NCBI RefSeq assembly: GCF_009914755.1
Contig: NC_060933.1
DNA length: 64,000 bases
Origin: the human T2T-CHM13v2.0 reference genome, Homo sapiens
Reading direction: 5' to 3' (one strand)
Part shown: positions 1-16,760 of the stretch, one piece after another
Layout: every line of letters starts with the position of its first letter
How positions within the stretch are numbered: the stretch's first letter is position 1
The notes under the pieces: model-generated
Seen by the model: the letters and a program-made list of their open reading frames with translations, nothing else
The model's database searches: none
What the model was told of the DNA's origin: nothing
Made by a program: the position numbers and the translations under genes

Positions 1-1631
<1,631 letters not shown>

Positions 1632-2356
1632 GAATCACCATAGACTTCATATTGTAAATTATGCAAGCTGAAAGACAATGCGTAGATGTCTAAAATAAAC
1701 AAAAACTTTCAACCCAGAATGTTATACCCAGCAATAACATCTTTCGACTATGAAGGTGAAATAAAGACTTTTTCAGCAAACAAAAGCTAAGATAAATCAG
1801 TTCTGGCAACCTGAATTATAAGAAACGTTAAGCAATGTTTTTCAGACAGAAGGAATATGATACCTCATACAAATATGAATCTAAACAAAGAAAGGAAGAG
1901 TGCTGAAAATGATTGAAAATGAGGGCAAATAATAAAGAAATATTTTCTTACTTTTAATCCCTTTATACAATAATTTATTATCTAAGGCAAAAATAATAAC
2001 CATGTATTATGGTATTTAGAACATACATAGGCATTAAGAATAAAATGTGTAGTAAAAAATTGAACAGATGCTAGGAGGTTAGACCTGGAAGTACTCAATT
2101 AGGAGACTCTCAGACTATACTTGAGATTCTATAATACTTTTGAAGGTAAGAAGTAATATATTAAAGATATAAATTGTAAAACTTAGAGCAACCACTAAAA
2201 AGATAAATATTCCATTAATCCAAAAGAAGGCAAAAAAGACTTTGAGAGGAAAAAAAGAATATATAGGACATAAAAACAAATATAATGATAGATCTAAATC
2301 TAATCCTATCAATGATGACACTAAATGAAAATGATCTAAAACCATTTAAAAGGCAG
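1632..2356 (+). mobile_element. Ancient L1M relic: ORF1 C-terminus, inter-ORF spacer and start of ORF2; resumes at ~5247-5320
   Basis: CCCAGAATGTTATACCCAGCAATAACATCTTTCGACTATGAAGGTGAAATAAAGACTTTTTCAG resembles ORF1p 'PRILYPAKISFKYEGEIKTFS'. Endonuclease-start-like sequence ends at AAAAGGCAG (2348-2356) and continues after AAAAGGCAG (5238-5246). Confidence 0.65.
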
Positions 2357-3405
2357 GAAATAGCAGAGGTGACAAAAGAAAAATAGCTGAATTGGAATTT
2401 ATCAAAATCAAAAACTCCTATGCTTCAACTAACACCATCAAGAATGTGAAAAAACAACATACAGAATGGGAGAAAATATTTGCAAATTATATTTTTGATA
2501 AAGATCCTGTATCTAGAATATATAAAGAGCTTTTAGAACTTAACAATTTAAAAAGACAGATGACTCAATTTTTAAAAGGGAGAAAGGGCTTGAATAGAAA
2601 TTTTTCCAAAGATAATATACAAATGACCAAGAAGCACATGAAAATGTGTTCAATATCAGTCATTGGGGAAATGAAATAAAAACCATAATGAGATATTACT
2701 TCACACCCACTAGGATGGCTATAATAAAAAAAGATAGTGCTGACAAGCATATGGAGAAATTGGAACCCTCATATACTGCTGGTGAGAATGGAAAATGACA
2801 CAGCCACTCTGAAAAACAGTTTGGAAATTTCCCAAAATATTAAACAAAGAGTTATCATATAACCCACCCGTTCTGCTCTTAAGTATATACCCAAGAAACT
2901 GAAAATATGTGTCCACCCAAACGCTTACACACAAATGTTCTTGGTAGGATTATTCATGATATCACAAATTGGGGACAAGCCAAATATCCATCAACTGATG
3001 AAAGGATAAATAATGTATAATATATTCTTACAATGGAGTACTATTAAGCAATAAAAAGGAGTGAAATACCAATACATACTACAACATAGATGAATCTTGA
3101 AAACATTACACTAAGTGAAAGAAGCCAGTCACAAATGGCTACATATTGTATGATGCCATTTATACAAAACCTCCAGAATGAACAAGTATACAAAATTGAT
3201 TCTTGACTGCATAGAGCTGGTGTGGGAGGGAGAATGGAGAGTGACTGCTAATGGGGACAGTTCTGGGGGGAAATGATAAGAATGTTCTAAAATTGGACCA
3301 TGGTGTTGGTTGCACAACTCTGAGCTATAATAAAAACCATTGACTTGTAAACTTTAAAAGGGTCAATGTTATGGTCTGTAAATTATATCTTTATAAAGGT
3401 GTATT
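2357..3405 (+). mobile_element. L1MB/L1ME-type 3' fragment (ORF2 C-terminus and 3'UTR)
   Basis: ORF 2392-2679 has 'EWEKIFANYIFDKD..SRIYKELLELN'. The 3'UTR has GAAAGAAGCCAGTCACAAA…CATATTGTATGAT and ends in GTAAATTATATCTTTATAAAG. Confidence 0.8.
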
Positions 3406-5220
3406 GTTTTGTGATATATTTTTATTTTTCATTTTTAAAAACTTCATCTTTTATTTTAGATTCAGGGGGTATATGTGTTGGTTTGTTACAGAGATATATT
3501 GCGTGATGCTGAGGTTTGGGGTATGGTTGATCCTATCACCCAGGTCGTGAGCATAAAACCCAATAGGTAGTTTTTCAACCCTTGCCCCCTCCCTCCCTCT
3601 GCTTTCTGGTAGTCCCCAGTGTCTATTGTTCCCATCTATATGACCATGTGTACCTAATATTTAGCTCCCACTTATAAGTGAGAACATGCGATATTTTGTT
3701 TTCTGTTTCTGCATTAATTTGCTTAGGATAATGACTTCCAGATGATCCACGTTGCTGCAAAAGGCATGATTTTGTTCTTTTTTGTGTCTGCATAGTATTC
3801 CATGGTGTATATGTACCACAGTTTCTTTATCCAATCCACTATTGATAGGCACCTGGGTTGACTCCACATCTTTGCTATTGTGACTAGTGCTGCAATGTAC
3901 ATACAATGTATGTGTCTTTTTGGTAGAGCAATTTATTTTCTTTTGGATATATACCTGGTAATGGGATAGCTGGGTCAAATGATAGTTCTATTTTTGGTTC
4001 TTTGAGAAATCTCCAAACTGCTTTCCACAGTGGCTGAATTAATTTACATTCCCACCAACAGTGTGTATGCATTTCCTTTTCTCTGCAGCCTCACCAACAT
4101 CTGTTATTATTTAACTTTTTTATAAAAGCCATTTTGACTGGTCTGAGTTGGTATCTCATTGTGGTTTTGATTCACGTTTCTCTGATGATCAGTGATGTTG
4201 AGCATTTTTTCATATGTTTGTTGGCTGCTTTTTTGTCTTCTTTTAAGAAGTGTCTGCTCATGTCCTTTGCCCACTTTTTAATGAATTTATTTGTCTTTTC
4301 TTGTTGAATTGTTTAAGTTTCTTATAGATTCTGGATATTAGACCTATGCTGGGTGCATAAATTGTGAATATTTTCTCCTATTCTATAGGTTTTCTGCTTA
4401 CTCTGTTGACAGTTTCTTTTACTGTGCAGAAGCTCTCTGTTTTAATTAGGTTCTGTTTGTCAGTGTTTGTTTCTGTCACAATTGCTTTGGAGGACTTAGT
4501 CAAAAAGTCTTTGCCAAAGCTGATGTCCAGAAGGGTATTTTCTAGGTTTTCTTCTACGACTTTTATAGTTTTAGGTCTTACATTTAAGTCTTTTTTTAAA
4601 AAAAACTTCTGTTTTAGGTTCAGGGGTATATATGAAGGCTTGATACATAGGTAAACTCATGTCACAGGGGTTTGTTGTATAAATTATTTCATCAAACAGG
4701 TGTTAAGCCCAGTACCCAATAGTTATCTTTTCTGCTCCTCTCCCTCTTCCCACCCTCCATCCTCAAGTGTCTGTTGTTTTGTCCTTTGTGTAAATGAGAC
4801 CCAGCAATCCCATTACTTCGTATATACCAAAAGAAATATAAGGCATTCTACCATAAAGACACATACACATGAATGTTCATTGCAGCACTATTCACGATAG
4901 CAAAGATATGGAATCAACCTAAGTGCCCATCAATGACAGATTGGATAAAGAAAATGTGGTACATATACATCAAGGGATACCATGCAGCCACAAAAATTAG
5001 CAAGATCATGTCTTTTGCAGAGCATGGATGGAGTTGGAGCCCATTATCCTTAGCAAACTATTGCAGGAACCGAAAAGCAAATGCTGCGTTTAAGTCTTTA
5101 ATCCATCTTGAATAAATATTTGTGTATGGTGATAGGTAGAGGTACAATTTCATTCTTCTACATATGGATAGCCAGTTATCCCATCACCATTTATTGACTA
5201 GGGAGTCCTTTCCCCATTGC
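3406..5220 (-). mobile_element. Older L1PA (L1PA15/16-like) 3' fragment, interrupted at 4594-5088
   Basis: T-rich tail at ~3406-3460. Minus-strand ORFs carry 'HCWWECKLIQPLWKAVWRFLKE' and 'KYRMFSLISGS*'. Degenerate target-site duplication ATAAAGGTGTATT (3393-3405) / ATAAAACTGTATT (5221-5233). Confidence 0.85.
4594..5088 (-). mobile_element. 5'-inverted, truncated L1PA insertion (twin-priming structure)
   Basis: 4594-~4794 is L1 3'UTR on minus. ~4795-5088 is the upstream L1 segment on plus (ORF 4873: MFIAALFTIAKIWNQPKC). TSD TTTAAGTCTTT at 4583-4593 and 5089-5099. Confidence 0.85.
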
Positions 5221-6449
5221 ATAAAACTGTATTTTTAAAAAGGCAGACTGTCAGATTGGTTGTAAAAGCAAGACACAACCACATGCTATCTACAGGAAAG
5301 CACTCTAAATATAAACAAGTCAAGTGGTGGGTGATGAGACTGCAGAGGTAAACAAGATTATATACAACCTTGCATGCTCCACTGAAGAGCTTGCGTTTTA
5401 TGTCCAGGGAAATAGGGATTTTACAGAAAGGTTTTAAATAAAATAGTAAGTTATAAGCCAGGTCAGTACTAGGGTGGGACAAACCAGGAGCCTAGCAAAA
5501 CGTAAGGCACCATTCACTCTCTGGCCATGTATATGCAGGGGCAGCCCCCAGTTATGAGCACCCCCTTAAATGTTGTCTCCCAGTGCCTCGCTTGCCTCAC
5601 CCTGGCCTGACCCTGGCAACAAGCTCCCAGCTTTAGAAACGATGCTCTCCACACTTTACCATGTGAGAGTAGATTCAAGGAGTGAAAATCAGAGGTAGGA
5701 AGATCGCTAGAAGGTTTATTCATTTATTGTACATATTTAAGTACTGGCTACGTGGTAAAGATAAAGCCACACTTTCATGGAGCCTGCATTCTGACAAGGG
5801 CAGGGGAAGATGGATAATGAACACCAATACATAAATTAGATAATTTCAAGTGTATGATAAGTGCTAAAAACCCACAAACTAGTATATTCTGAGAAATATA
5901 TTTATTACTTTAATCTTAGACTAATGTATCTCTATTTCTGTGTGACTAATATTTTTCTAAAGTTTTTTTAAATAAACTTATTTTTATTCATACAAATGCC
6001 TACCATCTTAAACTTTGCCTTTTATGGTTGATAAATTTGAAATTCAAATAACTCATCTGTTGATAAGAGATAAAAATAACTCTTACCTTGAAATGAAGGA
6101 TATTTTTAGTTCTACTTCACATCTGGTCTTTCTTGTTATGGAAATGTATAAATGTTTTAACCTGACTCCTGAGGCGGCTCCACCAACAGAAGAACTGAGC
6201 AAATGGTTAAATGATATCATCAGATACTTTGGATAGAAAATCAACCAAGTCAATTCCAATAATTGTTTGATTTTTTTTTTCATTCAACTTATGGAAACAA
6301 AGTAAAGCTTTTAAAAACTTCATCCTAAGATAAACCATATGTTATTATCACGAATACTATTGAAATTTACTTAAAATGCTCCATATTGAAGATAAAAATA
6401 TTTGTTTTTGTGATGATACCATGAATACAGATTTTGGTTGGAGTGCAAA

Positions 6450-7259
<810 letters not shown>

Positions 7260-8011
7260 AAGTGTTGTAGTAAAAGTACTGTTTTCAGTAAGTTAAGAAG
7301 CCTATGAAGCAGAAATATACAGGGAAAAGTTGGATGTACATATAATTCATTATTTCACAGTCTTCTTGAAATAATCACTGAGATGTTGAAGTAGACACAG
7401 ATGCTTCTTCAGCTGCATGGTGTCTTCTGGGGTTCACATGGTCTTTGGTATCACTATGTTCCCTGTGATGGTGGATACTGACATTTTGTGTAAGTTGCAC
7501 ATTTATCGTCAACTTTTTTGAGACATGGAAATGAAGTACCTAATTTGTCATGAAACACTCCTTTTCAGTTTTCTAAGCTTATTGCTGCTGAAGGGATGTA
7601 TTGAAAAATAAAAATGTCTTGCTAAACAGTGCAGTACACACATAGCTGGAGATTGATATCACACAATAAATGACAAAAATCCTCTAGCAAGAACCCCTGT
7701 CTTTCTCTACACCTTCTATGATAGACTTGCTAAACTTGTATTTCTCCAATATACACACAGTGTATAACTTCCCGCATTTTGCTTATTCTGCAGATTAATG
7801 GCCTGGTAACTTTTTGTGTCTTGCAGGCTGTGATGCAGGCCATGGCACAATTGACTAAGGCATCAAGTACTAGGCAGAGACTTCACCCACCACCACCCAA
7901 TAACCAGGAAGAGTTAGTTGCCTATACACACTTTGTTTTAATCAGTGAGCCCCCTGCATCTATACTTGAAATATAGGTGTTAGGTTGCTTCTGGAAAAGA
8001 TCAGAAAAAGA

Positions 8012-8365
8012 CTGCGTCTTAGGACACTCCAGCAAAATACCATAAACTAGGCTCATAAACAACAGAAATTTATTTCTTACAGTTCTGGAGGCTGGTAAGT
8101 CCAAGATCAAGGTGCTGGCAGATTCAGTGTCGGGTGAGCCCACTTTCTGGCTCATAGATGGAGCCTCCCTGCTATGTCCTTACATGATGGAAGAAATTAA
8201 TGAATTACTTTGGGCCCCTTTTATATGGACATGGATCACATTCCTGAGAGCTCTCTCCTCATGACCTAATCACTTCCCAAACACCCCACCTCCTAATACT
8301 GTCACCTTGAGGGTTAGGATTTTAACATATGAATTTTGAGAGATGTCAACATTCAGGCCATAGCA
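8012..8365 (-). mobile_element. MLT1A-type MaLR solo LTR
   Basis: AACAACAGAAATTTATTTCTTACAGTTCTGGAGGCTGGTAAGTCCAAGATCAAGGTGCTGGCAGATTCAGTGTC…AACATTCAGGCCATAGCA. Confidence 0.85.
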
Positions 8366-8875
8366 GAGGATAATCCCTAGAGGTCTTTCAGATTTAATTA
8401 GATGTTAAAGTGCTTTTAACTGCACATGATCCTCACAGGTTACTAGACAGGTGATGCTATGGCAAAAGCTGAAAGAACAAAATGCAGGACAACTAAATAT
8501 ATCTCAGATAAGTTATTGCCTCTACTACTGACAATATTCTGTCAAAAAAAATTCTGGGCCAAATAATACATTAAACAGGATGTCAGAACAAGAAGCATAA
8601 GAGGGGACTGGCCCTGGGCCAAGTGAGATTTATGATTATCTTCACTAGGTGGTCACAATTTGCCTAGGGGGACACAGGTGGGCAGAGTCCTGAATGCAGA
8701 GAAGGTGCGTGTGCCACAGTGACCTTAGGGAGAAGGGTGCAAGCCGAGGTACAGTAAATGCAAACATTCTCAACAAGAAGACCAGAGAGAAAAGGAGGTG
8801 AGAGGGGCAGGAAATACAGGTAGAGATGCAACACAGCCAGATGGTACAGGGTTTAGGAGAATTCCAAAAGAGATT

Positions 8876-11080
8876 GGTTCCATGTATAGTGAGATCATGT
8901 GCTATTTGATCTGGTTTATTTCAATCAGTAGAATGTCTTCCAGGCTTACTCACATTGTAGCAAATGACAGGATTTTCTTTTTTTTTCGTGTGGCTAAATA
9001 ACATTCTATTGTATTTTCTTTATCTATTCATTCTTGGATTGACACTTAGATTGTTTCCACATCTCTGTTATTGTGAATAATGTTGCAATGAACATGAGAG
9101 TGCAGATATCTCAAGATACTGATTTCATTTCCTTTGGAAATATACATAATAGTGGAATTGCTGGATTATATTTCAGTTCTATTTTTAATTTTCTGAGTAA
9201 CCTCCATATTGTTTTCCATAATGACTGCACCAATTTATATCCCTGCCAACAGTGTACAAGGGTTGCCTTTTCTCCACACTCTTGCCAACACTTGTTATCT
9301 CTCATTTTCTTGGTAATAGCCAGGTGTGAGGTAATAGCTCATTGTGGTTTTGATTTGCATTTTCCTGATGATTAGTGATGTTGATCATTTCTTCATGTAC
9401 CTGTTGTACATTTATATGACTTCTTTGGAAAAATACCCATTCGGGTCCTTTGCCCATTTGCTAATCAGATTATTTGTTTTTGCCTTTTTCCTTTTTTTTT
9501 TTTTTTTTTTTTGAGTTGGGCAGTTTTTTATTTTTTATTGAGTGGGGCAAGTTCCTTATATATTTTGTATATTAAACCCGTATTAGATATTATGGTTTGC
9601 AATATTTCTCCCATACTATAAGTTACCTTTTCATTTTGTTAATAATTTCCTTTGCTGTACAGAAGCTTTTTATTTTAATGTAGGCCTGCTTGTTTATTTT
9701 TGCTTTTGTTGCTTGCGCTTTTGGTGTCACATGGAAAGAAATCAGTGCCAACATCAATGTCAAGAAGCATTTTCTCTATGTGTTTTTCTAAAATTTTATG
9801 GTTTCAGATTTCATATTTAAGCTTTTAATCCATTTTACATTGTGTATGGTGTAAGACAAGGTCCAATTCATTCTTTTGATAATAGATACCCAGTTTTCCC
9901 AACCACATTTATTGAAAAGATTGTCCTTTTCCTGTTGTGTATTCTTGGCACCTGTGTTAGTCTATTCTCACACTGCTATAAAGAAATACCAGAGACTGGG
10001 TAATTTATAAAGAAAAGAGGTTTAATTGACACAATTTTGCATGGCTGAAGAGGCCTCAACGAACTTACCATCGTGGCAGAAAGCGAAGCAGAAGCAGACA
10101 CCTTCTTCACAAGGTGGCAGGAGAGAGTGAGTGCCAGCAGGGGAAATGCCAGATGCTTATAAAACCATCAGATCTCATGAGAGCTCACTCATTATTGTGA
10201 GAACAACATAGAGAACACTGCCCCCATGGTTCAATTACCTCCACCTAGATCCTCCCACAACACCTGGGGATTATGGGGATTACAATTCAAGATGAGATTT
10301 GGGTGGGGCGCAAAACCCAAACGTATCAGCACCCTTGTCAAAGGTTATTTGCCAATATATGCATGAGTTTATTTCTGAGCTCTCTATTCTCTTTTATTGG
10401 TTTATGTGTCTCTTTTTATGCTAACACAATACTGTTGATTTCTATAGCTTTGTAATATAGTTTGAAACCAGGGAATGTGATGCCTACAGCTTTGTTCTGT
10501 TTGTTCAAGATTGCTTTGGCTATTTGAGATCTTTTGTGGTTTCATACAAAATTTAGAATTGTTTTTCCTATGTCTGTAAAAATGACAGAATTTTGATAGA
10601 AATTGCATTCAATCTGTAGACCACTTTGGGGAGTAAGGACATTTTAACAATATTAATTATTCCAACCCATGAGCATGAAATGTCTTTCCATTTATTTGTG
10701 TTGTTTTCAGTTTCTTTGATCTTACTTCTATGTGGAATCTAAAAAAGTCAAACTCATGGAAGCAGAGAGTAGAATAGTGGTTACCAGGGGCTAGGGTGGA
10801 GGGGGAGAAATGAGGAGATGTTGGTTACAGTGTACTAACTTTGGGTTATAAAATAAATAAGTTCTGGGGATCTAATGTGTAGCATGGTGACTATAGGTAG
10901 TTAATAATTCTGTGTTGTTTATTTGAGATTTGAAAAGAAAGCAAATTTTAAGTGTCCTCACCACACACACAAATGATAACTATGAATGGTAATGGATGTG
11001 GTATTTAATTTGACTGTGATCATCAGAACACAATGTACATGTATTTTAAATTACCAAATTTTTCATCTTGAATATATATA
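8876..11080 (+). mobile_element. L1MA element with 5' inversion (8876-10717 on minus, 10718-~11080 3'UTR on plus), interrupted by a THE1 LTR
   Basis: Minus ORFs 9111-9305 ([16 protein letters not shown]…) and 10402-10608 are ORF2p relics. The plus segment GTGGAATCTAAAAAAGTCAAACTCATGGAAGCAGAGAGTAGAATAGTGGTTACCAGGGGCT is an L1MA 3'UTR. Confidence 0.8.
9953..10328 (-). mobile_element. THE1 (THE1D-like) solo LTR
   Basis: TG…CA termini; 5-bp TSD GCACC at 9948-9952 and 10329-10333; AAAACCATCAGATCTCATGAGA core. Confidence 0.92.
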
Positions 11081-11117
11081 GACATTGTCTCTCTCTATAT
11101 ATATATATATAGTAGTT

Positions 11118-11195
11118 ATTCTAACATTTTTAATTTTTAAATATTTAATTGATAATTTTGTTGATTAAATATTTAAAAATTTAAAATGTTAGAAT
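11118..11195. repeat. AT-rich inverted repeat: 32-bp arms (31/32 match), 14-nt spacer
   Basis: 11118-11149 is the reverse complement of 11164-11195 apart from one base. Confidence 0.9.
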
Positions 11196-11669
11196 GTCTA
11201 TTAATATTATGCATCACAAAATAAGGTTCAACAAGAAATGCTTTCTCAAAGAATTTCAAAAAATTCAACAGCAATTCCTTATTTCAAAAGCTCTTAGAAA
11301 ATAACACATTTTAAAGTAGTAAAATATTTTAATAAATAAAAATTACAACATTTGGCTAGGGGATATTAAAAATATTTGAAACAATGAAAATGTATAATCT
11401 TTTCCTGAATTGATAAAACTGAATATTAAAACATGTTATTTCTCAGAATTGACAGACTTTTCACTCAACTTAAAAAGCCAGACACCTTCTTATAACTTAA
11501 TAAAGTGATTCTAAAGTTCATTAAGACTTGTTTCAACTAATTACATTTTTTGCAAGAGTATCATATAAAGAAATAATGTAGATGAGTGGAACAGAAAATT
11601 CTACAACCACATGGATTTATTATTTAATAACAGTGATATGTGATATTACACCTTAAAAAAAAAAGAGAC

Positions 11670-12740
<1,071 letters not shown>

Positions 12741-12858
12741 TAGTCTAAAATGGGAGGAAGGGATGAAACATTGTGGGGAAAGGAGGATTCCTGATGGGGC
12801 CTGAGCACTCAAGCCCTTGTGAAGTGATATAAGGCCACTTCCAGCCTTGGAAAGGGGG

Positions 12859-13216
12859 TGATCTGGTTTGGCTGTGTCCCCTCCCAAATCTCATCTTGAA
12901 TTGTAGCTCCCATAATCTCCACATGTCATGGGAGGGACCCAGTGGAAGGTAATTGAATCATGGCGATGAGTTTTTCCCATGCTGTTCTAATGGTAGTGAA
13001 TAAGTCTCAAGAGATCAGATGGTTTTATAAAAGTCAGTTCCCCTGCACATGCTGCCTTGCCTGCTGCCATGGAAGACATGCTCTTCCTTTGCCTTCTGCC
13101 ATGATTGTGAGGCCTGCCTAGCCATGTGGAACTGGGATTCCATTAAACCTCTTTTCTTTATAAATTACCCATTCTCAGGTATTTCTTCATAGCTGTATGA
13201 AAATGGAACTAATACA
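12859..13216 (+). mobile_element. THE1 (THE1C-like) solo LTR
   Basis: TGATCTGGTTTGGCTGTGTCCC…AAATCTCATCTTGAATTGTAGCTCCCATAAT…CTAATACA. Confidence 0.92.
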
Positions 13217-13584
13217 GGGGAGAGAGAAGAAGGGGTGGGGAAGAAGAGAAAGATGATTGGGAAAATTGTGTTACTTCACCAATTTGCAAAGGGCTAGCTT
13301 TTAAGCAGAGATGACAGATGACATTTATGAGTGCTTCTTAAACTGTTCTTAGCATTCCCCTTGGGCCTACTGATTTGGAATCTTCTGGAGCAAGGCAGGG
13401 AATTGGCAGTTGATTTCTCTGATGGACACTAAAGCTCGTGAATGATAATGCCGAGTTTCAGATGCCCATGAAGGTCTCAGGTCCTCACGTGAATGGCTTG
13501 TGCTGTTCATACTTACACACAGTGGAGCTCTGTGCTGTTGGTTCATGCTTCTAGATCATGCCACAAAAGCCTGTCTTAGTCCAG

Positions 13585-13750
13585 TGAGTCCTGAACCCAT
13601 TTGATCATGAGGCTCATCTGGAACTCTTGTTAAAACACAGATTTCCAAGCCAAGTTCCTAGAAATTCTGATTCAGTCATGCCAAGGTCTGTGTATTTAAC
13701 AAGTTGTCCCCAGGTGATTCTCGTGATCCAGCAAGGTTGGGAAACATTGC
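13585..13750. mobile_element. MER5-type hAT-Charlie relic
   Basis: CTTGTTAAAACACAGATTTCC…TTCTGATTCAGT…TATTTAACAAG…CCCAGGTGATTCT…GTTGGGAAACATTGC. Confidence 0.65.
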
Positions 13751-14091
13751 TTTAGTCAAAGTTTTTTTCTGTCTCATATGTGAAAATCTAGGAGCAGATC
13801 AGAAGCAAAGGGCAAACAAAACCCCAGCTGAAGAAGCAAAGTAATTCCCAAAGTCTTCCAGATGTTTCCCTGTTTGTGAAGCAAATTCTGGTTTCATTAG
13901 CGGCCTCACTTTCATTTATGCTTCTGGTTGAGTTAACCATTCAGATAATAGAGTTCTATGCAGAGACAACGTAGAGAATTATCACTTAGATTATCAAGCA
14001 AGAAACAAAAAAGCAGGATGCAAGAGAGGTAGGAGAAGGAAGGAAAGTAGGGAATTCTAAAATCATTTTATTAAAGAGTAACTAGAATAGA

Positions 14092-14412
<321 letters not shown>

Positions 14413-15490
14413 TAATATTATAGTATCTCTATATAGTTCCTTCCTCATGTCAATTTCCCAAATAATTTCTCAGCTTTCTTATAGAATTATGGATCTAGTT
14501 TATAACTCATTAATTAATTTACAATTCATTGCCTAACACAATTAAACAAAGGGATCTACTAAGCCTTCTCAAATCTATACTGTTTTGCTCCAACTTTCCT
14601 CCTTCCCCATGAAATATGCATTTGGGAGTTGATTAAAATACCCATCTCCCACCACTCTACTCAGTTCCTGCTTCAGATATCAAATGTTCAGCTACTGAGA
14701 TTGAATAGCACAGGAAGCAGAATTGACTTGTTTCTGAATCCATTTGACTCTTAAGTTTCAGAGAGCAGGCAGCAAATCTTTGACTGCAAGGAATTTATTC
14801 AAAAATTTCTTTTCATTTTTACTACAGAGTTAGAAAGCTCAGCTACTGAGTTCAAATGGTGAAAATTTGGAGAGCAAGAGTTGAGAGAGCAAGAGATTAC
14901 CACAATGTTATCATTAGTGCGGAACACAGCACCATATCAGCAAGCATTCTACATACAGTAATGTTTGAGACCTGGGTCAGATTTGTCAGTTATTAAATAT
15001 TTGAGAAAACAACAAAAGATTGTCATCTCTAAAACATTCTTTTTTTTCTAGCTGCAGCTTAAAAATCAGGCATTGGGTTGTTTTAAACATGAATGAACAT
15101 GGAAAGAAAACATAGATATTTAGCATATTATGGCTCCTGACACCGTCCCCGGGGCACTTTCAGTAACCACAACACAGGGACCCTGTAACCTTGAGCTTCA
15201 ACCATGTTTGAAGACTGCATAAAGGGGTCTTCTACTCAACCTAATCTTAGACTTGGGATTTTCATGATGCTTCCCTTTCACCTTCTCCTTTAAAATCTTT
15301 TTATCAATACCTTGTCTCGTTTTCACATATAATATTCTTTACACATGCCCAGCTATTTCTTTATTTTCTTTTTTAAAAAGAGTAAATGCAAATAATAATC
15401 TTCTGTTTTAAAACCTTCTCGGTTTTTGAGCCTATCTATCTGGAATTATAGAAATACCCTGTCAGTTTGGTTTCCAAGCCTCCTGCAGAG

Positions 15491-15670
15491 TGAGACAGGG
15501 TCTCACCCTGTCCCAGGCTGGAGTGTAGTGGTGTGATCACGCTTCCCTGCAGCCTCTACCTCCCAGGCTCAAGTGATCCTCCCACCTCAGAATCCTAAGT
15601 AGCTGGGACTATGGGTGCATGCCAGCAAGCCTGGCTAGTTTTTCCTTATTTTTTGTAGAGACGGGGTTTT
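15491..15670 (-). mobile_element. Tail-less AluJ right-arm segment, probably a copy of 14105-14287
   Basis: Alu right arm plus linker with no poly(T). Shares the non-consensus CACCTCAGAATCCTAAGTAGCTGGGA with the Alu at 14.1 kb. Confidence 0.85.
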
Positions 15671-16152
15671 CTGTGGACCTCTCTGGGCATTCTGGTTGCA
15701 GTACATTTAGTAAAATGCAGCACAGAACGATGTGTGAAATGCACCTGCTGATGTTGGATGCTACACATGCACTGCTAAGAGTGTATAGCTGTTCCTTTGG
15801 AATGCAGAGATTGGGAACCTGAGGCACACGGAACACAGGAATCATAAATGTTGCTCAGAGAAGAATTCTGTGGCATGGGCACTTCAGAAGGAGCTAGTTT
15901 AGGGGTGGATGGGAGGGCACGGAATCCAGGTAACCAGGATGTGAAGAGGAATTGGTCAGAAACAACAGATATTTGAGAACAGAAGTGGATAATGGGAGTG
16001 AGGGGCGATAGTAGTGACAAATGGCCGTGGAAGGGCCACTGGCAACAAAACTTGCCTACTTCATAATTTTCTCTTGGTCTCAAGTCAATGTTATAATTAA
16101 TAAGAATTTCAAGACTCAGCTCAAAGTTTAGAGACTCGAGAGAGATGGTTTG

Positions 16153-16496
<344 letters not shown>

Positions 16497-16511
16497 GAGA
16501 GAGATGGTTTG

Positions 16512-16760
16512 GAGGCAAGCATGAGTTTTGGAAATGAATTTTGAGTTCTGCATTGCTGGCTATGTAACATGGGTACAGTTATCCAGCTTTCTTCAGCTCC
16601 CATTCCATCATGCAGAAAATAGGGATAGAAATTCCTTAGACATGGGATCACTGCAACAATTAAATATGGTGATAGCTATAAAACTTTTAACAAAGTGCCT
16701 GGCCCATGGAAAGCACTAAATAGTTAACCAACCCTATTATTGTTACCATTGTTATTATAT
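16512..16760 (+). mobile_element. MIR relic
   Basis: CTTCAGCTCCCATTCCATCATGCAGAAAATAGGGATA…AAAGTGCCTGGCCCATGGAAAGCACTAAATA. Confidence 0.65.
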
